Made by a program: the position numbers and the translations under genes. Below, one piece after another: positions 1 to 8,082 of a DNA stretch of 12,836 bases. Position 1 is the stretch's first letter; every line of letters begins with the position of its first letter. The DNA lies in the NCBI GenBank assembly GCA_037381445.1, contig JARRQT010000078.1, positions 1 through 12,836 on the forward strand, given 5' to 3'. The notes under the pieces were generated by a model. It did no database searches and had not been told where the DNA came from. It saw nothing but the letters and a program-made list of their open reading frames with translations. The stretch comes from Calditrichia bacterium. GTDB taxonomy: Bacteria; Calditrichota; Calditrichia; RBG-13-44-9.

Positions 1-158
1 GCCTTCTGGCCGTCAAAAGGGGGCGTGGCATGGAGCGGGCAGAATCCCATGGATAACATCGCTATTAATACCGCACTGAATAAAATGAAGGAATAAGGAC
101 GTCCCTTCGCCTGTATTCCGCCGGGGATGATTGCTTTTTGATTTTCAGTTGTTCTCAA
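1..158 (-). CDS. Partial CDS (N-terminus only, runs off the left edge): probable exported protein with a Sec signal peptide
   Basis: Not in the ORF track. Manual translation from TTG at 158 gives MRTTENQKAIIPGGIQAKGRPYSFILFSAVLIAMLSMGFCPLHA|TPPFDGQK with no stop up to the edge. It has basic residues, a hydrophobic core and an Ala-ending cleavage-like site. It starts 24 nt after the sprA stop. Confidence 0.6.
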   Translation of the reverse strand, partial: MRTTENQKAIIPGGIQAKGRPYSFILFSAVLIAMLSMGFCPLHATPPFDGQK

Positions 159-182
159 ATTTTGCTTCCGACTTTCTGTTTA

Positions 183-3100
183 TTAACGAATGGCAATGTT
201 GACATTCACACCAAACTCAAAATATGAATACTTTCCTGTCTTTTTGTTCTTACTGGATGAATATTCGAAGAACATCGATCCGTTGACTTTCTGGCTGAAC
301 CGGTAAGTCACCGAAGGCTTGAATTTCAGCGAGGTACTGTTATCCAGTTCAATGAACTTTGACGATCCCGAGCTGGGCCGTTTCGCAAAAGACACATTTT
401 GGGAACTGTTCACATTTAAATTAAACTGCATCTCATTTTTCAGTTTCTTGTTCTTCAGGAAAGGCAGCGGAATCCGGAAGCCGCCGGTTTTTGAGAAGGA
501 AACGGTCATATCCATTCCCGAAGACAGCGATTTTGTATCCGCACCTGTCGCATTGTAATTATATATGGTGCTCTTAATATAACGAATATTTCCCGAAATT
601 CCCCAGATTGTATTAATGGTAATTCCCAGCAGGGGCGAATAATTATTTGCATATCCCCAGGCAAGCCGCTGCTTCAATCCACCGTCGTACCGGTTGCTCT
701 CGTTGAATTTGCCGGTCCTCTGATGTTCCACCTGAATAGTCTGGGCAAATTTACTGAAGAAAAACAATTTTTCCACACCGGTCAGCCGGAACTGCCAGTC
801 CGGTATCAGCGCACTCCACGGTTTTTTGTTGGCATCGGGATCATCTCCCATAAAGAAATAAGTGCTGGCCACATTCTCGGTCTTCTGCTGGTTATTCTGA
901 CTGACATCTTTAGTGTAGTTATACTTAAAGGTGGAAGTCAGGTTCTTGATGATGTCAAAATTCATACCCGCGGCGACACTCTTTCCGTTATTCAGCGCTG
1001 GCAGACGCGGCAACTTATTAAATGTGGTATCCGTTCCGACGCCCGGATCGGCGGAAAGGCCCAACTGGTGCTTGAAAGTGGGAATTCCGTCTATATTGTA
1101 ATACCCGTAATTATTGGTAATCCGGTAGTCGAGGTTAATGCTTTTCCAGGCATTAAAAAATTTCCAGACCAGCATTGCGGGATTGGGTACTTTTATGGGC
1201 GTTCCTTTTTTCTTCGGTTCTTTTTCCTTCTTCCTGTCCTTTGCCTGCGGTTCCCCGGTCTGCTGCTGCAGCGAATCCGGTCCGGCCTGTTCCGTCTGCT
1301 GGTCCCGGATTTGTCCCTGCGGGATTCCCGGTATATTGTCCCCGGTATCTTCTTCCGTATTTTGATTACTGTCCGGCAAGCGGCGGGGACCGCCTCTGCG
1401 GGGCTGCGTCTGTCCTCCGGGGGCCTCCTGCTGGAGCCGCCTTTTCGCCGGATTATAAATCTGATTTGCCAGCTGCGTCGGCTGCATGGACACGCTGAGC
1501 TGCTTGGAAACCGCCAGCCGGCTGGACCGTTCATTGGTGTTTACATTCCCGAAATTATAATTGAATCCGGCAGTGTAGGTAAAGCTCTGCGTCATCCAGC
1601 TAAACCACTTGGGGTTGTACCTGGCGCTGAAGTTCTGATTCATGACCTTGTCCACACCAAAATCGAACTTGGTGAAGATAGCTTCAACCAGTTCTTTTGC
1701 CCGGTAGCCCTTTAAATAGGCATCGGACTGATAATCGCGAGAAAAATTAAAACTTAAGCTGGGAAAGAGACTATAGGCCAGGTTCATTTTCCGGGTAGCG
1801 CCGGTATTAATCCTGCTGGACGCCTGGTCCTGCAGGCGGGACTGCTGGCTGTTTTCATTGTCACGAATTCCCAGGCTGAAATCCAGACTGGAGGGTGTGT
1901 AGTAAACTTTCTGATTGGCCAGCGTTCGCACGATGGGGCCATTTCCCAGCCAGCCGAAGGGCTGAAAGGAATTTTCCCGGCCAAACGGAACCCTGACCTG
2001 CAGCTGTCCGCTGATGGATTTGTTATCATTAAAAAGATTCTGTTCGTCGCTGGCATGCTTCTTGGCCCAGTCCACATCCAGCGTCAGCATGTCTACCGAG
2101 TATTTTAAATACCAGGGCGTGCGGGGCGAACTCTGTCTCTGGATGGTGGCGCCCAGCGAGGTGGTCTCCGAGATCCGTGAATTTTTTTCCAGCTCCGGAT
2201 CAAGTTTGCTCATTCCGAAGAATTGCTGCAGCTTTTCACCCGCGCCGTTGGCTCTGTAATTGGTTAGCTGATCGGTGTTATAGAAATACTTCGGAACATT
2301 GCGGCTGCGCACGTAACCGCCGGATACCGGCATCTGCAGTCCCCAGGAGGTGGGAAAGAATTTGTTCAGTTTCAGGGCCATGCGGTAGGACTGCTTTTCC
2401 GTAGTACTTCCGCTTCCGAACTGATCTTCAATCCGGCGGAAATCCGCGTCCTGCACTTCCCACTGTGCCCGGAAGGTCGCCACGTCCGCCATGGTCAGAT
2501 CGGTCATTAAACGCATGGCGGTACCTTTCTGGCGTTCCACATCGGTCACCCGCAGCTCATCCAGCCAGATCTCGGTGTTTTCGACAGGGAATTGACTGAT
2601 ATTTCTGACACCAATGGTGATGTAATTGATATTCCGCAAATTCGGATTGCCTACCGCCTTCAGATAACCGCCCGGACGGTCGGGGTCTTCCCGGTAGTAT
2701 ACCCGCTGACCGTTCATGGAATCGCCCGCGAAGAACTCCTCCTGTTTGGTTTTGGCCAGCTCGTCCAGAACCACATCGATGAAATTCTGCTCGTCCCAGT
2801 TGGGCAGTACCCTCCTGCCCACTTCATAATAAATACTCTCGGTGGGACCGAACCGGATATAAAATTCCAGCGGAGGATCCTGCAAAGGCAGTTTGGGGTC
2901 CCCGTGGACAAACATCTTCAATTTTTTGTAGTTGATAAGGTTCAGCTTCTCGTAAAGCTGCTTATTGGCTTCCGCCCGTTCACCCGGCAGCAATTTCCCC
3001 ACCGTCAAAACCAGCGACTGCTCTTTGCTGCGGGCGCGCGTAATCCTGTCCACGACACCTTCCACCCCGGGGGGCGGTGTATACTTATCGGCATTCTCTT

Positions 3101-6100
3101 CGGTATTGTAAACTTCGATGCTGAAAAGGCTGTCGTCCTGCACAAAAGTGGAGCTTCCCTTCTGCGCCACACCGGCTTCTTCCCACTCATTCCCCACCAG
3201 ATCGAAGGTAGCGATCTGAATTGCATGGGGCTTGCTGTCTTCAGGCAGATTGTTAATCCACAACCGGACATTAAAAATTTCCTGGAAACTGGTATCCGGA
3301 TTTCCTACGACCAGCGTGGGATCGTAACTGCGGATGGGAATCCGGTATAAACGCCAGCCTTTTTGCGTGCTGCCCTTTATGTAGGGAGAGGAACTGTCCG
3401 CAAGATCAAATGAATAGGTGAAATAGTCATTGGCCATGTCCAGACGGCCGTTTCCGTCCAGGTCTTCGGTATCAGGATATTTCGCCCCTTTGGCATCGCC
3501 ATTTTTCTCGGTCCCGTTGATATGAAGAAAATAGGGATTGGTTTCCTGCGGCGCTTTCCAGACATCCCACGGATCGTAATAGTTGTTCGGATCGCCGTAG
3601 GGAACGCCGTCCAGACCGACATCTTCGCCGTCATCCAATAAACCGTTCAGGTTGAAATCTTCGGTGTTGAGGTGCCGGAGTGACGGCTGGGGTTCGGAAA
3701 TGATGGAACGGGTAAAGGTATTTCGCTTGATATAAAAATCTTCGCTGATGCGCCCCATATCCACATTGATCTGTCCCACGGAACCCTTTACCCACAGCTC
3801 GATAAATTTGGTCTTTTTCTGGTCCGGGAAGCTGAAAGTACTGCGCATGACGCCGGCCCAGGCCAGACTGTCGGAGATATTTTCATTATTCCACTGCATC
3901 ACCAGAACGTTTGTAGTGGTTCCGGTCTGGGAGTTCACATCTTTGTTGGGCCAGATATCCTTGATGGGAACCTGATCGTAGGGATTGTACCAGAACATTC
4001 TGACCCGGCTGCTGTCCATCTGGTACATCTCTTCATCATTATTGAGATTGATGAGGCGGTCGATGCCCAGGCGGGGAATACGGAAATGCACGGGAACCGA
4101 GGCAGGCGCCCATCCGCGATAAATAATGCCCAGGGGGGTAGTGCGCTGACTGCCCTCAAAATCGTCTATATAAGCGACCCCGTTCTTCTCACCCAGTTTA
4201 TCTTCATTAAAGGTGTTGGGATTGGGATTGACCTGCGCATATTCGCCCTCGATGTGGAGGCGCGATTCGGCGGAGGTTTCCAGAATGGGAAGATGGTCCA
4301 GCGCTTTGGTGATGAAATTCGGTTTGAAATCCAGCGCGGTGTTCACATCCCAGATAAAATTCCGTACCGGCTCCTGCCCCAGCCTCACCCGCTGGTCCAG
4401 GGTAGTCTTGTTCAGGTACAGTCCGGTAAGCCCGATGAACCCCCGGTCGCCGAAGGAGTATTCCAGGCGTCCGCCCAGCAGCGTTTTTTTGTCCAGCTGG
4501 AACAGACTGCCCCGTTCATATTCGATTTCCACATTGGCATCGGCCCGGCGGGCCTCATCCGCCAGAATTTGCAGCGTCCCCCCGAAATAATCAATGGTAT
4601 AATCTTTGTCCTTCTGCAGCACGCGCCCGTTCAGCTTCACGACTTCAGAGCCTTCCAGCACGTTGAAGCCCAGATTATAATTGGATGACACCGAACTGGT
4701 GGTCACTACGATATCGAATTTGTGGCGGCGCAGTTCTTCACTCCGGTCCTTGATATTATAAATTTTAACATCAAGGGAGGTGTCGATTGCAAATGGGCTG
4801 TTGGGCGGAGGTGCAAAGGGCGTGGTGGAGGGGAAAATGAGGTAGCCGTTGCCTAAATCGAAAATATTCCCGTTTTTAACGTCCACCTGCTTATCTCCCC
4901 CGACAACGACGCTTCCCTGCTCATCCAGACGATCCAGACCGGTCAGGTAAATAAAGGGCTGCCGGTCCCCTACCGGCTGGACATCCAGGTTCTCCCCGGT
5001 TTTGGTATAGACAATTTTCACATCGAACCCGTCCGGAGAAATCTGGGAACCGCCCAGGTTGTAGACATTCCGCATGGTCAGGTCCCAGGTAGGCGCACTT
5101 GGATTGGAGGTCTGGGGTTTCACCAGTTTCAGCAGCAGGGTGCTGGAGGAATCGGTGATTTCATTGAACAGCATACCTTTTTTCACTCCGCCTTCCGTGG
5201 AGTAGGAAACAGCGACAATATCCCCTTCATTGACCGTCTGGTTCAGCCAGAAAAAACCGCGGTATTCATCATACCCGTAATCTTTCCCAGGTTCCAGCCG
5301 CTTGAAGTAAGCGGATTCTTTGGAGCCGGGAACTTCCTTCAGACGGTCCAGCGTGTCGGGATTTATCGTGGAAGGATCCAGCACCGCCCATGCTTCACGG
5401 GTTTCCTGATCGGTTGCCTGCGCATTGACCCAGACATCAAGCTGGGTTATCTTATAAGCCCCTCCTCCAAAAACCTGCCAGGCCATAGTTTGGGTATTAT
5501 ATCCGGACTCAAAATTCTCCCGGTAAATATCATCCACAAAGAAAAAGCGGTTGTTGACATAGTCATAATCTTTGATGGGGTAGGTGTTTTCGGCGGCATT
5601 ACCGGTCTTGGTTATTTTCTGCTTTTCCCCCCGCTGCAGACTGGCGATTCCCACAAAGCTCAGGTTCCCCAGTTTCATTTCGGTTTTCAATCCGAACAAG
5701 CCCTGATGTTTGGAGCTTGTGGAAACATAGTTGGTGCTGGGAAGAGACAAACTGACATTTCCGGCTTCGATTTTCTGCACAATCTCATCTTCGTCCCCGG
5801 TGTAGGTCAGACGCAGGGTATTCTCGAAATCAAAGGTGGCCTCGCTGTTCTGGTCCACTTTTACGCTGACTTTATCACCGACCCGGCCTTCAACCTGAAA
5901 CTGCTGGGTCTGCTTGAACCGCGGGCTGAAATTGCCCCGCTGTTCATAGGAGGAGACAGCCGATCCTTCCCGGCTTTCGGAGCGTCCCGCCAGCTCAAAG
6001 GAAATATTGCCGGTGACGCGCAGACCCACCCGGTCACCGCCGAAAATCCGCTGGAACGCTTTGCTGCGAATCCTTACCGGAATGTTCAGCTCGATTCCGC

Positions 6101-6485
6101 TGGAGGAGGTAGCCTGCTGGGCGGACAGATTTTTCAGGGCGGTTTTGCGCCGCAAATTCAGATTGTCATAGTTCAGCTTCTTTTTTACATAATAATCCAG
6201 GCTCATATCGACGGGCAGTTTGTAATCCTTTCCGTACAACTGCTCGCGTATCTGAATAATCTTCTGGGTGCTGTCCAGCTTAACGGTACGTCGGAACTGG
6301 CTGAAGCGGGAATCAAGCAGGGTGGAATCGGCGAAAAAATGGGATAAACCGGGATAATCCGGCTCAAAAATGGGAACAACGCCCGGGGGATTCTCCGGCG
6401 CTTTTAACCCCATAGAATGCGCAGCTATAGACATGAGGTTAAAAGAAACCGCTACAAGCAGGAGGTGCCAACGTAAATTCTTCAA
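183..6485 (-). CDS. sprA: Cell surface protein SprA/Sov homologue (type IX secretion system outer-membrane translocon), 2100 aa
   Basis: TTG start and signal peptide (MKNLRWHLLLVAVSFNLMSIAAHS). SprA-type segments recognised: FQRIFGG..V, VEGRVGDKV, FDFENTLRLTYTGDEDEIVQKIEAGNVSLSLP, LFGLKTEMKLGNL, WDLTMRNVYNLG, VVKLNGRVLQKDKDYTIDY, AYIDDFEGS, EDVGLDG, PDTEDLDGNG, WRLYRIPI, YKKLKMFVHG, IWLDELRV. The C-terminal part has amphipathic beta-strands. Confidence 0.92.
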   Translation of the reverse strand: MKNLRWHLLLVAVSFNLMSIAAHSMGLKAPENPPGVVPIFEPDYPGLSHFFADSTLLDSRFSQFRRTVKLDSTQKIIQIREQLYGKDYKLPVDMSLDYYVKKKLNYDNLNLRRKTALKNLSAQQATSSSGIELNIPVRIRSKAFQRIFGGDRVGLRVTGNISFELAGRSESREGSAVSSYEQRGNFSPRFKQTQQFQVEGRVGDKVSVKVDQNSEATFDFENTLRLTYTGDEDEIVQKIEAGNVSLSLPSTNYVSTSSKHQGLFGLKTEMKLGNLSFVGIASLQRGEKQKITKTGNAAENTYPIKDYDYVNNRFFFVDDIYRENFESGYNTQTMAWQVFGGGAYKITQLDVWVNAQATDQETREAWAVLDPSTINPDTLDRLKEVPGSKESAYFKRLEPGKDYGYDEYRGFFWLNQTVNEGDIVAVSYSTEGGVKKGMLFNEITDSSSTLLLKLVKPQTSNPSAPTWDLTMRNVYNLGGSQISPDGFDVKIVYTKTGENLDVQPVGDRQPFIYLTGLDRLDEQGSVVVGGDKQVDVKNGNIFDLGNGYLIFPSTTPFAPPPNSPFAIDTSLDVKIYNIKDRSEELRRHKFDIVVTTSSVSSNYNLGFNVLEGSEVVKLNGRVLQKDKDYTIDYFGGTLQILADEARRADANVEIEYERGSLFQLDKKTLLGGRLEYSFGDRGFIGLTGLYLNKTTLDQRVRLGQEPVRNFIWDVNTALDFKPNFITKALDHLPILETSAESRLHIEGEYAQVNPNPNTFNEDKLGEKNGVAYIDDFEGSQRTTPLGIIYRGWAPASVPVHFRIPRLGIDRLINLNNDEEMYQMDSSRVRMFWYNPYDQVPIKDIWPNKDVNSQTGTTTNVLVMQWNNENISDSLAWAGVMRSTFSFPDQKKTKFIELWVKGSVGQINVDMGRISEDFYIKRNTFTRSIISEPQPSLRHLNTEDFNLNGLLDDGEDVGLDGVPYGDPNNYYDPWDVWKAPQETNPYFLHINGTEKNGDAKGAKYPDTEDLDGNGRLDMANDYFTYSFDLADSSSPYIKGSTQKGWRLYRIPIRSYDPTLVVGNPDTSFQEIFNVRLWINNLPEDSKPHAIQIATFDLVGNEWEEAGVAQKGSSTFVQDDSLFSIEVYNTEENADKYTPPPGVEGVVDRITRARSKEQSLVLTVGKLLPGERAEANKQLYEKLNLINYKKLKMFVHGDPKLPLQDPPLEFYIRFGPTESIYYEVGRRVLPNWDEQNFIDVVLDELAKTKQEEFFAGDSMNGQRVYYREDPDRPGGYLKAVGNPNLRNINYITIGVRNISQFPVENTEIWLDELRVTDVERQKGTAMRLMTDLTMADVATFRAQWEVQDADFRRIEDQFGSGSTTEKQSYRMALKLNKFFPTSWGLQMPVSGGYVRSRNVPKYFYNTDQLTNYRANGAGEKLQQFFGMSKLDPELEKNSRISETTSLGATIQRQSSPRTPWYLKYSVDMLTLDVDWAKKHASDEQNLFNDNKSISGQLQVRVPFGRENSFQPFGWLGNGPIVRTLANQKVYYTPSSLDFSLGIRDNENSQQSRLQDQASSRINTGATRKMNLAYSLFPSLSFNFSRDYQSDAYLKGYRAKELVEAIFTKFDFGVDKVMNQNFSARYNPKWFSWMTQSFTYTAGFNYNFGNVNTNERSSRLAVSKQLSVSMQPTQLANQIYNPAKRRLQQEAPGGQTQPRRGGPRRLPDSNQNTEEDTGDNIPGIPQGQIRDQQTEQAGPDSLQQQTGEPQAKDRKKEKEPKKKGTPIKVPNPAMLVWKFFNAWKSINLDYRITNNYGYYNIDGIPTFKHQLGLSADPGVGTDTTFNKLPRLPALNNGKSVAAGMNFDIIKNLTSTFKYNYTKDVSQNNQQKTENVASTYFFMGDDPDANKKPWSALIPDWQFRLTGVEKLFFFSKFAQTIQVEHQRTGKFNESNRYDGGLKQRLAWGYANNYSPLLGITINTIWGISGNIRYIKSTIYNYNATGADTKSLSSGMDMTVSFSKTGGFRIPLPFLKNKKLKNEMQFNLNVNSSQNVSFAKRPSSGSSKFIELDNSTSLKFKPSVTYRFSQKVNGSMFFEYSSSKNKKTGKYSYFEFGVNVNIAIR

Positions 6486-6572
6486 TAAAACAAAAATCCT
6501 TTTCTCAAGAACTTTCTACTTATTTACCCTTGTATCAATGAACCGATACACACCCCCGCTGTGTTTTTGAAA

Positions 6573-6601
6573 AATATATTTAATTATGATATGTCAGTCA
6601 A
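6573..6601 (-). promoter_or_regulatory. Putative sigma70-type promoter for sprA
   Basis: Minus strand reads TTGACT (6601-6596), a 17-nt spacer, then TATATT (6578-6573), in the AT-rich cmk-sprA spacer about 90 nt upstream of the start. Confidence 0.7.
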
Positions 6602-6638
6602 GATAAATATAAGGTTATCATGGTGATTAAATGAGTTC

Positions 6639-7328
6639 TTATTTCAGATGATTTATTCGCTCTTTGGCCAGAACCAGTATTCTGTGAACCTGATCTTCAA
6701 TGGTGAGAAGGGTTGTGTCGATTTCAACGGCATCGGGCGCTTTTTTTAAAGGCCCGTGACTGCGCTTCATATCCTCTTCATCGCGGTGCCGGATATCAGC
6801 AATCACTTTGTCCCAAACAACGGGAATCCCCTTTTGTTCCAGTTCTTTCTTTCTGCGCGAAGCCCGTTCCTCTACGCTGGCCAGCATAAATATCTTGAGT
6901 TCCGCATCCGGAAAAACCACCGTCCCGATGTCCCGGCCGTCCAGCACCACGCCTCCCTGCCGGCCCATTTCCTGCTGCTTCCTCACAAGTATTTCCCGGA
7001 CCTCAGGATTCGCCGCCACCGGGCTGATTTGCCGGTCGATTTCAGGAGTCCGGATTTCCTCAGACACATCTTCCCCGTCCATAAAAATAACGGTCCGGTC
7101 ATTATTTTTGCCGAATTCGATTTGTATCTCCTGCGCAATCCCTGCCACTCCCCCGCGGTCTTCCACAGGAATTCCTTTGCGGACAGCCTTCAGCGTCACC
7201 GCCCGATACATGGCGCCGGTGTCGATATAGGTGTAGCCCAGTTCCCGGGCCACCCGGCGGGCGGTGGTGCTTTTGCCGCTGGCGGCAGGTCCGTCAATGG
7301 CAATGGTGATTTTATTATTCCCGCTCAT
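6639..7328 (-). CDS. cmk: Cytidylate kinase
   Basis: IAIDGPAASGKST P-loop, YIDTGAMYRAV, VLDGRDIGTVVFPDAELKIF, RDEED..R.HGPLKKAPDAVEIDTT. The start is uncertain among ATGs at 7349, 7334 and 7328; 7328 is preceded by GGGA. The gene overlaps the end of rluB. Confidence 0.97.
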   Translation of the reverse strand: MSGNNKITIAIDGPAASGKSTTARRVARELGYTYIDTGAMYRAVTLKAVRKGIPVEDRGGVAGIAQEIQIEFGKNNDRTVIFMDGEDVSEEIRTPEIDRQISPVAANPEVREILVRKQQEMGRQGGVVLDGRDIGTVVFPDAELKIFMLASVEERASRRKKELEQKGIPVVWDKVIADIRHRDEEDMKRSHGPLKKAPDAVEIDTTLLTIEDQVHRILVLAKERINHLK

Positions 7329-8082
7329 CGGCATTCCCGACAACTTCATGCCTGCGTTCCTGCACCATTTTCTTCAGGGACTGGATTTCCCGGGGGGTCA
7401 GCAGCCGCCACTCTCCTTCTTTCAGATCGTTGATGCGCAGGCCGGCGAATTCGGCCCGCTGCAGTTCATCCACCCGGTAATCAAGGGCCTCGAACATGCG
7501 GCGGATCTGGCGGTTGCGGCCTTCGTGAAGCTCAATTTCCAGATAGCTGCGGTTGTCGATAATCCGCACCTCTTCGGCGCGGCAGGGGGCGGTTTTGCGG
7601 TCATCCAGTTCGATCCCGTTGCGGAAATGGTGCAAATCGATGGGGCGGATTCGTTTGTCCAGCAGCACCCGGTAGACCTTGCTCACCTCAAACCTGGGAT
7701 GCGACAAAAAATAGGCCAGATCGCCGTCGTTGGTCAGCAGCAGCGCACCGGTGGTGTTATAATCCAGGCGGCCGACCGGAAAAATCCGCTGCTCGATTTT
7801 CACGATATCCAGCACCGTTTTTCGCCGCTTCTCATCGCTGGCGGTGGTGACGGTCCGCAGCGGTTTATTCAATAAAATATATATCAGCTTTTCATCGGGC
7901 CTAACACGCGTCCCGGAATATTCCACAACATCCTTCCGGGGGTCGATCTGGGTGCCCAGCTTGGTGATCACTTCCCCGTTGACCCGGATGACGCCCTGCA
8001 CGATCAGGTCATCGCACTTGCGCCGTGAACCCAGGCCGCTCATCGCCAGAAAGCGGTTAAGCCGGATTTTCTGTTCCTTCAT
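7315..8082 (-). CDS. rluB: rRNA pseudouridine synthase, RsuA/RluB family (S4 domain plus catalytic domain)
   Basis: IRLNRFLAMSGLGSRRKCDDLI (S4), YILLNKP, PVGRLDYNTTGALLLTNDG (catalytic Asp), LHEGRNRQIRRM. The start is placed at ATG 8082, preceded by AAGGAGGAGG, rather than at 8160. The position after scpB is typical of rluB. Confidence 0.92.
   Translation of the reverse strand: MKEQKIRLNRFLAMSGLGSRRKCDDLIVQGVIRVNGEVITKLGTQIDPRKDVVEYSGTRVRPDEKLIYILLNKPLRTVTTASDEKRRKTVLDIVKIEQRIFPVGRLDYNTTGALLLTNDGDLAYFLSHPRFEVSKVYRVLLDKRIRPIDLHHFRNGIELDDRKTAPCRAEEVRIIDNRSYLEIELHEGRNRQIRRMFEALDYRVDELQRAEFAGLRINDLKEGEWRLLTPREIQSLKKMVQERRHEVVGNADERE

Noticed and set aside
319..6570. Long + strand ORFs opposite sprA (e.g. 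723-1715, 2592-3350, 4086-4688, 5490-6347) and short alternative-frame minus ORFs
   Set aside because: No recognisable motifs. They are shadow frames expected from codon bias in a well-supported gene.
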